Shown here: positions 50,110 through 59,637 of the stretch, piece by piece | Layout: each line of letters begins with the position of its first letter | Numbering within the stretch: position 1 is the stretch's first letter | From: Bacteroidales bacterium | Lineage (GTDB): Bacteria > Bacteroidota > Bacteroidia > Bacteroidales > UBA932 | DNA: 64,000 nucleotides | Assembly (NCBI GenBank): GCA_017626355.1 | Contig: JAGAIY010000012.1 | Coordinates: 1,876 to 65,875, forward strand | Reading direction: 5' to 3' | Position numbers and translations under genes: made by a program | Notes under the pieces: generated by a model | The model's input: only the letters and a program-made list of their open reading frames with translations | What the model was told of the DNA's origin: nothing | The model's database searches: none

Positions 50110-53100
50110 ATGTCATTCGTCCATCTTCATGTCCATACACAGTACTCGATTCTTGACGGTCAGGCATCGATAGCTAGTCTTTTTGAACGCGCTAAAGAGC
50201 TTGAAATGCCGGCACTTGCCATCACTGACCATGGAAACATGTACGGTGTGAAGGAGTTTCTGAAGGTGGCCAAGAAGTTTCCCGAGGTAAAGCCTATCAT
50301 CGGCTGCGAGATCTATGTGACCAAGCACTATGACCACAAGCTCAAGGACAAGGATCACAGAGGATATTTCCATCTCATCCTTCTGGCCAAGAACTACAAC
50401 GGCTACAGGAACCTGATGAAGATCGTGTCGACCGGACACATCGAGGGTAAATATTATGAGAAGCCAAGGGTTTCACATGAGGTGGTGGAAAAATACTCAG
50501 GCGACCTTGTATGCTGCTCGGCCTGCATAGCAGGAGAGATTCCGAGGGCAGTCCTTGCCGGGGACATGAAGGCGGCAGAAGAGGCCGTGATGTGGCACAA
50601 GAGAGTGTTCGGAGAGGATTATTACCTTGAGGTTCAAGAACATAAGACCCTCGTCCCAGGCCAGTCCCAGGAGGTGTATGAGAAGCAGCTGGAGGCCAAC
50701 AAGGGAATTTTCGAACTTGCGGAAAAGACCGGAACCAAGGTGGTGGCCACAAACGACGTCCACTTCACGCGCAAGGAGGACGGCCCCGCACATGACAGGC
50801 TCATCTGTCTCACGACGAATGCCAACATCGACGACCCTGACCGAATGAGATACACCCAGCAGGAGTATCTCAAGAGCGAAGAGGAGATGCTGGACATATT
50901 CTACAAGCATCCCGAGACCCTGAGCAACACCCTCGAAGTAGCTGAAAAGATAGAGACATTCAAGATCGACAAGGATCCTATCCTTCCAAAGTTCGACCTT
51001 CCGGAAGAGTTCCTTGCCGACATAGACACATATCTCGAGAAATACAAGTCCATCATTGACGAAGGACGCTGCGACAAGAACGGAAACGAACGTGGCGAAG
51101 AGTTCTGCAACTCGGTCGCATATCTCTGCCACCTCACATACAAGGGAGCGGAATGGCGATATGGGGATACGCTTACGGACGAACAGGCAGAGCGTATAGA
51201 ATTCGAGCTCAAGACCATCTGCAAGATGGGTTTCCCGGACTACTTCCTCATCGTCCAGGACTTCATCGCGGCAGCACGCAGCGAAGGCATATCCGTAGGA
51301 CCGGGACGTGGTTCCGCAGCAGGTTCCGCTGTAGCCTACTGCTTGAAGATCACCAACATAGACCCTATCAAGTACGACCTGCTCTTCGAGCGATTCCTCA
51401 ACCCTGACCGAATCAACATGCCCGATGTGGACATCGACTTCGACGATGACGGACGTTACCGTGTGTTCCAGTATATAGAAGAGAAATACGGCAAGGACCA
51501 CATCTCACATGTGATCACTTACGGAACCATGGCCGCAAAATCCGCAATCAAGGATGTGGCCCGTGTGAGCAAGATGTCCATCGACGAGTCCAACAGGCTC
51601 ACCAAGCTCGTTCCGGACAGACCGTTCGAAGCCACGGTGGTGGAAGACGGCAAGAAGGTCACGAAGGAATTCAAGCCGAAACTGAAGAACTGCATAAAGT
51701 ACGGAGAACTCAAGAACGAGGTCGAAAACGGTACGGAGCAGACAAAGGAGGTACTGGAGTATGCAGAAAAGCTTGAAGGCTGCATCCGCCAGACCGGCGT
51801 GCATGCCTGCGCGATGATCATCGGCCGTGGAAACCTCACGGAATACATTCCTATCTCCATAGCCAACGACAAGCTCACAGGGGAGGAAGTGTGGGTGTCC
51901 CAGTACGACGGCCACTACATCGAGGAGGTGGGAATGCTCAAGATGGACTTCCTTGGTCTGAGGACCCTGTCCATCATCAAGGAATGCCAGGCCAACATCA
52001 AGAAACGCTCAGGCATCGAATTCGACATAGAGAAGATTCCGATCGACGACGCCGAGACATATGCCCTCTACAGCCGCGGAGACACCACCAGCGTCTTCCA
52101 GTTCGAATCGCCCGGAATGAAGGAATGGCTGACAAAGCTCCAGCCTACCCGCTTCGAGGACCTCATCGCCATGAACGCGCTCTACCGTCCGGGCCCTATG
52201 GACTATATCCCTGACTTCGTGGAAAGAAAGCAGGGACGCCAGCCGATAGTGTACGACCTTCCGGAAATGGAAGGAATCCTTCAGGACACTTACGGAATCA
52301 CGGTATATCAGGAGCAGGTGATGCTCCTGTCACGCAAGCTCGCCGACTTCACCAGAGGTCAGGCCGACACCTTGCGTAAAGCAATGGGTAAGAAGATCAT
52401 AGACCTCCTGAACTCGCTCAAGGGCCTCTTTCTTGAGGGTGGAGAGAAGAACGGACATCCCAAGGAAGTGCTGGAAAAGATCTGGACTGACTGGGAGAAG
52501 TTCGCAGCCTATGCCTTCAACAAGTCCCACGCTACCTGCTATGCATGGGTGAGCTACCAGACGGGCTATCTCAAGGCCCATTATCCGGCCGAATTCCAGG
52601 CAGCCAACCTGACCAAGAACCTCTCCAACATGGATGAGATCAAGAAGATCATGGATGACTGCAAGAAAAGCGGAATAAAGGTGCTCAATCCGGACATCAA
52701 CGAGTCGGATTCACGCTTCACCGTCAACAAGCAGGGAGAGATACGCTTCGGATTGGGAGGAATCAAGGGCTTCGGAGACAACATCGTGCGTGCAATCCTC
52801 GCAGAACGCGAGGAAAACGGCCTTTTTGCCGATATCTTCGACTTTGTGGAACGTATGTCCGGAACCGTGAACAGAAAGGCTTTCGAGGCACTTCTGCACT
52901 CAGGAGCCTTCGACAGCTTCGGACTCAACAGAAGGCAGTTCATGCTGCCATGCAGGAACGGAGACGCCTTCATAGATGTTCTCCTCAAGTACGGCGAACT
53001 TTACAGGAAGGACACCATGGAAAGTGCCGTGTCGCTCTTCGGAGAGGTGGAGGAGCTCAAGCCGGAAAGACCTGAGATTCCGCCTATGACAGGTGAGGAC

Positions 53101-53793
53101 AATATTCTCGAGAAGCTCCAGATGGAAAAGGAGCTGGTGGGAATGTATCTTTCTTCTCATCCTCTTGATGCATATTCGTTTGAACTTGAAAACTTCACGA
53201 CCTGCCAGATCAGCGAACTTCCGGCCCTCGTGGCAGAATGCCAGGAGAAGAAGACCAAGCTGAAGGTGAACATCGCCGGCTTCGTGACAGCCAGATCCGA
53301 GGGCTATACCAAGACCAACCGTCCGATGTCAAGAATGACCGTAGAAGACTATGGCGGAAGCTACGAATTCGCCTTCTTCGGCAAGGACCATGAAACCTTC
53401 ATGCAGTACGAGCAGCTCCACAGCGCCCTTTTCATAGAAGGTGTGATCGAGGAGAAGTACTACATAAAACCGGAGGAAAGAGCCAAGGGCAAGACATCCG
53501 ACTATGCCTTCAAGCCAAGGAACATGATGCTTCTGGGCAATGTGACGGACACCTATGTGAAGGGATTCTCCATCCAGCTGTCGACACCTATGCTCTCGCA
53601 GGAGTTCAGGGAGAAGCTCGTGAAAATGATAAAGAGGAACAAAGGAAGCGTTCCGCTCACAATGTTCCTCTATGATCCTGAAAACAAATGGAATATCGAA
53701 TTCCTCTCCAGAAAGTTCAAGATAGCCGTTACATCTTCCCTCCTGGAAGACCTGCGCTCCCTGAACATAACCTGGAAGCTGCTGAAGAAATAA
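50110..53793 (+). CDS. dnaE: DNA polymerase III alpha subunit
   Basis: HLHVHTQYS, TDHG, GRGSAAGS, PDVDIDF, KMDFLGL, FNKSH; ATG 50110 after TATCTTTG at 50081-50088. Confidence 0.97.
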   Translation: MSFVHLHVHTQYSILDGQASIASLFERAKELEMPALAITDHGNMYGVKEFLKVAKKFPEVKPIIGCEIYVTKHYDHKLKDKDHRGYFHLILLAKNYNGYRNLMKIVSTGHIEGKYYEKPRVSHEVVEKYSGDLVCCSACIAGEIPRAVLAGDMKAAEEAVMWHKRVFGEDYYLEVQEHKTLVPGQSQEVYEKQLEANKGIFELAEKTGTKVVATNDVHFTRKEDGPAHDRLICLTTNANIDDPDRMRYTQQEYLKSEEEMLDIFYKHPETLSNTLEVAEKIETFKIDKDPILPKFDLPEEFLADIDTYLEKYKSIIDEGRCDKNGNERGEEFCNSVAYLCHLTYKGAEWRYGDTLTDEQAERIEFELKTICKMGFPDYFLIVQDFIAAARSEGISVGPGRGSAAGSAVAYCLKITNIDPIKYDLLFERFLNPDRINMPDVDIDFDDDGRYRVFQYIEEKYGKDHISHVITYGTMAAKSAIKDVARVSKMSIDESNRLTKLVPDRPFEATVVEDGKKVTKEFKPKLKNCIKYGELKNEVENGTEQTKEVLEYAEKLEGCIRQTGVHACAMIIGRGNLTEYIPISIANDKLTGEEVWVSQYDGHYIEEVGMLKMDFLGLRTLSIIKECQANIKKRSGIEFDIEKIPIDDAETYALYSRGDTTSVFQFESPGMKEWLTKLQPTRFEDLIAMNALYRPGPMDYIPDFVERKQGRQPIVYDLPEMEGILQDTYGITVYQEQVMLLSRKLADFTRGQADTLRKAMGKKIIDLLNSLKGLFLEGGEKNGHPKEVLEKIWTDWEKFAAYAFNKSHATCYAWVSYQTGYLKAHYPAEFQAANLTKNLSNMDEIKKIMDDCKKSGIKVLNPDINESDSRFTVNKQGEIRFGLGGIKGFGDNIVRAILAEREENGLFADIFDFVERMSGTVNRKAFEALLHSGAFDSFGLNRRQFMLPCRNGDAFIDVLLKYGELYRKDTMESAVSLFGEVEELKPERPEIPPMTGEDNILEKLQMEKELVGMYLSSHPLDAYSFELENFTTCQISELPALVAECQEKKTKLKVNIAGFVTARSEGYTKTNRPMSRMTVEDYGGSYEFAFFGKDHETFMQYEQLHSALFIEGVIEEKYYIKPEERAKGKTSDYAFKPRNMMLLGNVTDTYVKGFSIQLSTPMLSQEFREKLVKMIKRNKGSVPLTMFLYDPENKWNIEFLSRKFKIAVTSSLLEDLRSLNITWKLLKK

Positions 53794-53798
53794 CCTTC

Positions 53799-54644
53799 TT
53801 AGAAGACAAGGACTGACATCACCGGATAGTGGTCAGAAATGAACGGCTTCTTGGCGTATTCCTTTGTAATGGTCTGACATTCAAGCACTGAACTGAAGCC
53901 TGACACATAAATGAAGTCGATCACAGGTCCTTCACGGTCCTTTCTCCAGTCGTTGAATGTACCCTTGCTGTCGGTCTTCGTCGCAATCTTTCTTGTGCTG
54001 GTCATGACCTTGTCAAGGTCAACAAGGCAAGGATCGTCAGAAGTGACGTTGAAGTCACCTGTAAGCACCATAGGATAACCCTCAGGATTGATGTCGGCGA
54101 TTCTGTCCACGATGAGCTTGAGACCGAGCTTGCGTGCCTCCTTGCCTACATGGTCGAGATGAGTGTTCACGAAATAGAACTTGTTTCCTGTCTTCTTGTC
54201 CTTCATGAGGGCCCATGTAGCTGTTCTGAAGCATGCGGCATCCCAACCCATTGAAGGCTTTTCAGGAGTCTCCGAAAGCCAGAAGGTACCCCATTTCACG
54301 ACCTTGACGGTCTTCTTGTTCCAGAAGATGGCCATATGCTCGCCATCGCTCTTTCCGTCCTCACGACCTACACCCACGAAATTGTAGTTGTCGGCAAACT
54401 CCTTCACATGCGTGAGCTGGAAATCCAGGGCTTCCTGCACACCGAAGACATCAGGCTTGACGTCGTTGAGCATCTCTATTGTCGCAGGCCATCTGTAATC
54501 CCACTTGTTCGTGCCGTCATCAGCTGAACCATACCTGATGTTATACGTCATCACCTTAAGTCCCTCGGACTTGTCTTTCTTTGCTGCTCCGATCTGTGGG
54601 AAGGCCACAAGAGCTGCCAAAGCAAATAAAATTATTCTTTTCAT
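53799..54644 (-). CDS. Exported endonuclease/exonuclease/phosphatase (EEP) family protein
   Basis: MTYNIR, GVQE, NTHLDH, TGDFN, IDFI, SDHYPV; signal peptide. Confidence 0.88.
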   Translation of the reverse strand: MKRIILFALAALVAFPQIGAAKKDKSEGLKVMTYNIRYGSADDGTNKWDYRWPATIEMLNDVKPDVFGVQEALDFQLTHVKEFADNYNFVGVGREDGKSDGEHMAIFWNKKTVKVVKWGTFWLSETPEKPSMGWDAACFRTATWALMKDKKTGNKFYFVNTHLDHVGKEARKLGLKLIVDRIADINPEGYPMVLTGDFNVTSDDPCLVDLDKVMTSTRKIATKTDSKGTFNDWRKDREGPVIDFIYVSGFSSVLECQTITKEYAKKPFISDHYPVMSVLVF

Positions 54645-54693
54645 TGATTTATTGGTTAATAGTTTGAATATCCGCGGCTATATCCCTGCAAAT

Positions 54694-57114
54694 TTAATTA
54701 TTTTTTGGTACGATACGACAAACACTTCCGCGCAATGTCTCGAAAACTGCTTCATGCCAGTTTCCATCCACTGCTGAAATTTCCTCAGAAACAACCGTTT
54801 CCCTGCCGTTTACCATGACTGCAAAAGGCTCACGCATCCTGAGGACACACTTTCCGCCTTCAAGCGGAACGATCTCAGCCTCATCCAGTCTTCCCTCCTT
54901 CCATGAGCATGAGACCTCATAGTTTCCTCTCGCCTTCAAGCCCCTGAAAGAGCCGTCTTTCCATGCCTGAGGCAGAGCAGGAAGTAGATGGATGCAGCCT
55001 CCGTGACTTTGAATCAGCATCTCGGCTATGCCGGCGGTTCCTCCGAAGTTGCCGTCGATCTGGAAAGGCGGATGGTCATCGAAAAGGTTCTTGTGCGTCG
55101 ATTTCTTAAGAAGCTCATTCACATGATGGAGTGCATTTTCCCCGTCGAGCAGACGCGCATAGAAATTAATTACCCAGGCACGGCTCCAGCCTGTATGTCC
55201 GCCTCCGTGGGAAAGTCGTCTGTCAATCGTCTTGCGGGCTGCCTCGAACAGTTCCGGAGTCGACGGGGTGATCTGGGTTCCGGGATGCAGGCCGAGCAGA
55301 TGGGATATGTGTCTGTGGCCCGGCTCTATCTCCTTATAATCCTCAACCCACTCCTGGATACCGCCTGTCGAAGGAGAGATCCTGACAGGAGGGAGATCCG
55401 CCATGACCTGTTTCAAGGTGTCGGCAAACTCCTTGTCGCAGCCAAGGATTTCAGATGAGGCGATGCAGTTGCGGAAGAGTTCCGTGATGATCTGCACATC
55501 CATGGTGCTTCCGTATGTTATTTCCTGAGCCTTGCCGGTTCGAGGATCCTCATATTTGTTCTCAGGAGAATTGGATGGAACCGTAACCCACTGTCCCTTA
55601 GAGTCTTTGATAAGATAATCGAGAACAAACAGCGCAGAAGACTTCATTATAGGATAAGCCTTTTCCCTGAGATATTCCTTATCCTGGGTAAAGCTGAAAT
55701 GCTCGAACAGAGGGAAAGTGATCCAAGGACCTCCCATAGGGAAACATCCCCATACTCCGGCATTTACCGCAGTATAGCCGAACGGATCGGTGACATGGTG
55801 GACAGTCCATCCGCGCGCATTGTACATTTCCCTGGCCGTGACGCTTCCGGGAACCTGAAGACGCTCCAGAAAACCGGTAAGAGGAAGGGCAGTTTCGCTG
55901 AGATTGCACACCTCTGCAGGCCAGTAGTTCATCTGAAGATTTATGTTCGTATGGAAATCGGAATTCCAAGGGGCATCGTATTCATGATTCCATACACCCT
56001 GCAGATTTGCAGGAAGCACTCCCGGAGCCCTCGAACTGCCCATCAGCAGATAGCGTCCGTACTGGAAATACAGGGCTATCAGCTCCGGATCGTCCGCACC
56101 GTTCCTGAAATCCTCAAGTCGTCTGTCAACGGGCAGGGATGACTGAGAAGTTTTTCCAAGATCGAGATCCACACGTCCGAATATCCGGGCATGATCCTCT
56201 GTATGACGTTCCAGAAGGGTCTTCCAATCATATGCCGACGCCTTTTCCAAGATGCTTTCACAGACCGAATAAGGTTCGATGCTGCGGTCGAAATCCATTA
56301 TTTCGAGACTATAGTCGGTAGCCGCCGTGAACAGGATGACAGCCTCGTCAGCCTTCTCAATGCGGAGACCACCCTCCTCTTCCACAAGTCTTCCTCCCTT
56401 CGGAAGAATGCGAAGAACCGAAGCGAACTTCATGTGCTCACCTCCCTTGCCTGTCCGCTCGCTGTCTTCATCCACGATCTGCCCTTTCATGACGACATCG
56501 CTGCCATTGACCGTAAAGACGGCATCGATATCCCTTTCCATGCACACAAGCGCATCCAGCTTACCTTTCTCCGATGCGCTCAGTCGCACTGCCATCACAT
56601 TGTCAGGAGCGGAAACAAACACTTCCTGCCTGTATCCGGTACCGTCACCGGTAAATTCCACGAGACTGACTCCGCTGTTCAGGTTGAGGGAACGGCGGTA
56701 ACCGAGGGTATCCGATACAGAATGATCGATAAAAATGTTTCCCAAGGTCTGATATGAACGGATATGTGGAGGAACTCCGACCATGGTTTCTGCGGCCAGA
56801 GCATGAGCCTCCGTAAACTGTCCGTTCATGACAAGTTCCCTCAGTCTGCCGAGATTCTTTGCAGACTCGGGATTGTTGCTGTTCATGCGGGAACCTGCCC
56901 AAAGGCTCTCTTCATTGACCTGTATGCACTCATGGAACGGATCACCATAGACCATGGCTCCGAGACGTCCGTTGCCTAAAGGAAGAGCTTCCTCCCATTC
57001 CACGGCAGGTTTTCGGTACCACAAGGTATAATCAGTTTCATTCTGCCTTGCGCAGGAAAGAAGGGCAAGGCAGGCAAGGACCGCCAGCACCTGGCTTCTG
57101 TGAAGTTTCTTCAT
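54694..57114 (-). CDS. GH95 alpha-L-fucosidase/alpha-L-galactosidase
   Basis: EALPLGNGRLGAM, YGRYLL, NINLQMNYW, HRHISHL, PPFQIDGNFG. Confidence 0.92.
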   Translation of the reverse strand: MKKLHRSQVLAVLACLALLSCARQNETDYTLWYRKPAVEWEEALPLGNGRLGAMVYGDPFHECIQVNEESLWAGSRMNSNNPESAKNLGRLRELVMNGQFTEAHALAAETMVGVPPHIRSYQTLGNIFIDHSVSDTLGYRRSLNLNSGVSLVEFTGDGTGYRQEVFVSAPDNVMAVRLSASEKGKLDALVCMERDIDAVFTVNGSDVVMKGQIVDEDSERTGKGGEHMKFASVLRILPKGGRLVEEEGGLRIEKADEAVILFTAATDYSLEIMDFDRSIEPYSVCESILEKASAYDWKTLLERHTEDHARIFGRVDLDLGKTSQSSLPVDRRLEDFRNGADDPELIALYFQYGRYLLMGSSRAPGVLPANLQGVWNHEYDAPWNSDFHTNINLQMNYWPAEVCNLSETALPLTGFLERLQVPGSVTAREMYNARGWTVHHVTDPFGYTAVNAGVWGCFPMGGPWITFPLFEHFSFTQDKEYLREKAYPIMKSSALFVLDYLIKDSKGQWVTVPSNSPENKYEDPRTGKAQEITYGSTMDVQIITELFRNCIASSEILGCDKEFADTLKQVMADLPPVRISPSTGGIQEWVEDYKEIEPGHRHISHLLGLHPGTQITPSTPELFEAARKTIDRRLSHGGGHTGWSRAWVINFYARLLDGENALHHVNELLKKSTHKNLFDDHPPFQIDGNFGGTAGIAEMLIQSHGGCIHLLPALPQAWKDGSFRGLKARGNYEVSCSWKEGRLDEAEIVPLEGGKCVLRMREPFAVMVNGRETVVSEEISAVDGNWHEAVFETLRGSVCRIVPKNN

Positions 57115-57214
57115 GCTCTAGTCGCTTTATTTTTTCAAAATTATAGATTATTCGGGTCAAAAGCAAGATTTCCAAATTATTGCAGTATCTTTGAAAGATA
57201 AAACAGATCATATA

Positions 57215-58225
57215 ATGACAGAAGATACTTTTTCTACCCTCGGAAGGGTGGAGGCAATCGCAAGACTCTACGAAGGAACCCCTTACAAACCGTTTCAGAG
57301 CAGCTGGTTCGAGACATCGGGCAAAAGCTGCATAAGTTCACATTCACGCACTTTCATCGAGGGAATGGATTTCGATCTCGTGTACTTCCCCCTCAAGCAT
57401 CTCGGCTATAAATGCGTTACAGCAGTAACAGGAGAACTCTATGCAGAGATGTCTCACCCCCGCACCCTTGACCTCCGTCTCGGAATCTCCTCAAAGCTGG
57501 ATTTCAAACAGATAAAGGAAGTATGGGAAGGAGCGACGGCAGCAGCACGTGAACATGGGTACCATCAGGTCGGACTCGACCTCATCCCTTCGCCTAACGG
57601 TTTGACAATCAGCGTATCAGCCGTAGGAGAAACTTCTCTTCTGATGTGCAGACGCCGACCTGAGGCAAAGAGCATGGACCTTATATGCGTGTCCGACAAT
57701 CTCGGTGCCGCTTATATGGGATTCCAGGTGCTGGAAAGGGAGAAGAAAGCCTTCATGCAGAGCGGCGATGCCAAGGCCCAGCCTAAGCTGGAAGACTACA
57801 AGCACCTTGTGGGAGCATATCTGAAGCCTCAGATAAACCCTCAGACCGTCAAGCAGCTGGAGGATTCCGAAATAATGCCTTCATACGGCTATCTCGTGAC
57901 CCGAGGTCTCGCAGATGCAGTAAGACGTCTTGTGCGCGACAGCGGCCTCGGCGCAAAGATCTATGTCGACAAGATCCCTTTTGCAGGAAAGACCTTCGAT
58001 CTCGGAAAGGAAATGAATATTGACCCGATGTCCGCCGCACTCAACGGAGGCGAGGACTACAGGCTTCTCTTCACGATTCCAATAGGCAGACATGACAAGT
58101 TCCGTCACGATTTCCAGACATTCGACATCATCGGACATCTGGCCAAGCCTGAGGTAGGAGCGGTAGTGGTGACACCAGACGGAGTGGAACTCCCTATGAA
58201 GGCCCAGGGCTGGAACAACGAATAA
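57215..58225 (+). CDS. thiL: Thiamine-monophosphate kinase ThiL homologue with a degenerate active site
   Basis: FDLVYFPLKHLGYK, DLICVS, LGAAYMG, LEREK, NGGEDY and AQGW match Bacteroidales ThiL; Asp motifs are missing. Confidence 0.7.
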   Translation: MTEDTFSTLGRVEAIARLYEGTPYKPFQSSWFETSGKSCISSHSRTFIEGMDFDLVYFPLKHLGYKCVTAVTGELYAEMSHPRTLDLRLGISSKLDFKQIKEVWEGATAAAREHGYHQVGLDLIPSPNGLTISVSAVGETSLLMCRRRPEAKSMDLICVSDNLGAAYMGFQVLEREKKAFMQSGDAKAQPKLEDYKHLVGAYLKPQINPQTVKQLEDSEIMPSYGYLVTRGLADAVRRLVRDSGLGAKIYVDKIPFAGKTFDLGKEMNIDPMSAALNGGEDYRLLFTIPIGRHDKFRHDFQTFDIIGHLAKPEVGAVVVTPDGVELPMKAQGWNNE

Positions 58226-58306
58226 AACTTAAACCGCATTTATATGAAAGTGATATTCAAGATAGACACCATTAAAATCGGTCTGGAGATGCAGAAATAA
58301 AATTTG

Positions 58307-58337
58307 TTTGCTGAACAGCTGAAAATATCTATCTTTG
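58307..58337 (+). promoter_or_regulatory. Promoter of the ORF6N array
   Basis: TTTG (58307-58310), 19 bp spacer, TATCTTTG (58330-58337). Confidence 0.7.
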
Positions 58338-58376
58338 CTTACAAGTCTGAACACCGTGGTTCGGTTAGAGTTCCAC

Positions 58377-58420
58377 AACGCGATATGGGTATAGTCGTAT
58401 AAGCCCGTATTGCGTTTTTT
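58377..58420 (+). terminator. Terminator-like hairpin in the 5' leader of the ORF6N array
   Basis: AACGCGATATGGG / CCCGTATTGCGTT 13-bp stem (2 G-U pairs) running into a T tract. Confidence 0.6.
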
Positions 58421-58450
58421 TGTTTTTATACGGCACTGAAACATTGAATT

Positions 58451-59044
58451 ATGGAAAATGAAAGAGCATTGAATCCGACGGCAATCGAGTCGTTGATTTA
58501 TGAGATCAGAGGGCAGAAGGTGATGCTGGACAGGGATCTGGCAAAGATGTATGGGGTTGAAACGAAGGTTCTGAATCAGGCTGTCAAAAGAAACATGAAG
58601 AGATTCCCGGAGGATTTCATGTTTCAATTGACTCCGGAGGAATACGATATCTTGAAGTCACAATTTGTGACATCAAGTTGGGGTGGAACCAGAAAACTGC
58701 CATATGTATTCACAGAACAAGGACTGGCAATGTTGTCCGGTCTATTGAATAGTGATGTAGCTATAAAAGTGAATATTGCCATAATGCGGACATTTGTAAC
58801 CATCCGCAATCATCTTTACACTACCCAAAGATTCACAGCAGAGCTGGAAGCGATAAAGGCGAAGCTGGAGCTGCTGGAGAGGAATGACGAGGACAATCTT
58901 GAGGCTATAAATGACCTTTCGGAAGACATGAGACACGAAATTGACACTATCTATCAGGCGATTGCAGCATTGTCGGTCAAAGAATCTCCGCAAAAGGAAC
59001 CGCAGAGGCAGAAAATTGGATTCAAGACACAAAACAGCAAGTAA
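58451..59044 (+). CDS. ORF6N (KilA-N-like) DNA-binding protein, copy 1
   Basis: IYEIRGQKVMLDRDLA, AVKRN..RFP.DFMFQL, PYVFTEQG.AMLS; coiled-coil C-terminus. Confidence 0.9.
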   Translation: MENERALNPTAIESLIYEIRGQKVMLDRDLAKMYGVETKVLNQAVKRNMKRFPEDFMFQLTPEEYDILKSQFVTSSWGGTRKLPYVFTEQGLAMLSGLLNSDVAIKVNIAIMRTFVTIRNHLYTTQRFTAELEAIKAKLELLERNDEDNLEAINDLSEDMRHEIDTIYQAIAALSVKESPQKEPQRQKIGFKTQNSK

Positions 59045-59048
59045 CATT

Positions 59049-59633
59049 ATGGAAAACAGCACATTAAAACAGACGACAATCGAGTCGTTGATCTATGAGA
59101 TCAGAGGGCAGAAGATTATGTTGGACAGAGATCTGGCAAGTCTTTATGGGGTAAGCACTGGTAATCTGAACAAGGCAGTAAAAAGAAATATTGAGAGGTT
59201 TCCTGAAAGGTATATGTTTCAATTGACTTCAGATGAAAACTTGAAATTCCAAAATGGAATATCAAGTTGGGGTGGATCCCGTTCCTTGCCATATGCTTTT
59301 ACAGAGCAAGGTGTTGCCATGCTTTCTTCTGTATTGCATAGCCCGGCTGCCATTCAGATAAGTATCAGAATTATAGATGCTTTCGTGGCAATGAGAAACT
59401 ACATAATGTCAACGAAGACGATATCCGATGAACTGGAAGCGATAAAGGCAAAGCTGGAGCTACTGGAGAGGAATGACGAGGACAATCTTGAGGCTATAAA
59501 TGACCTTTCGGAAGATATGAGACGCGAAATTGATACCATCTATCAGGCGATTGCAGCATTGTCGGTCAAGGAACCGATGCAGAAGGAACCGCAGAGACAG
59601 AAGATCGGATTCAAGACACAAAACAGCAAGTAA
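59049..59633 (+). CDS. ORF6N DNA-binding protein, copy 2
   Basis: Same motifs; ATG 59049 is 4 nt after the copy 1 stop. Confidence 0.9.
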   Translation: MENSTLKQTTIESLIYEIRGQKIMLDRDLASLYGVSTGNLNKAVKRNIERFPERYMFQLTSDENLKFQNGISSWGGSRSLPYAFTEQGVAMLSSVLHSPAAIQISIRIIDAFVAMRNYIMSTKTISDELEAIKAKLELLERNDEDNLEAINDLSEDMRREIDTIYQAIAALSVKEPMQKEPQRQKIGFKTQNSK

Positions 59634-59637
59634 CATT

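Noticed and set aside
51000-51130. Intein in dnaE
   Set aside because: The insertion is far too short and lacks C/S...HN splice motifs.
58941-59637. N-terminal extensions of ORF6N copies 2 and 3 in the ORF track (starts 58941, 59530), suggesting overlap or frameshift fusion
   Set aside because: Homology begins at MEN (59049, 59638). The extensions are alternate frames of the duplicated tail, and no slippery site was evident.
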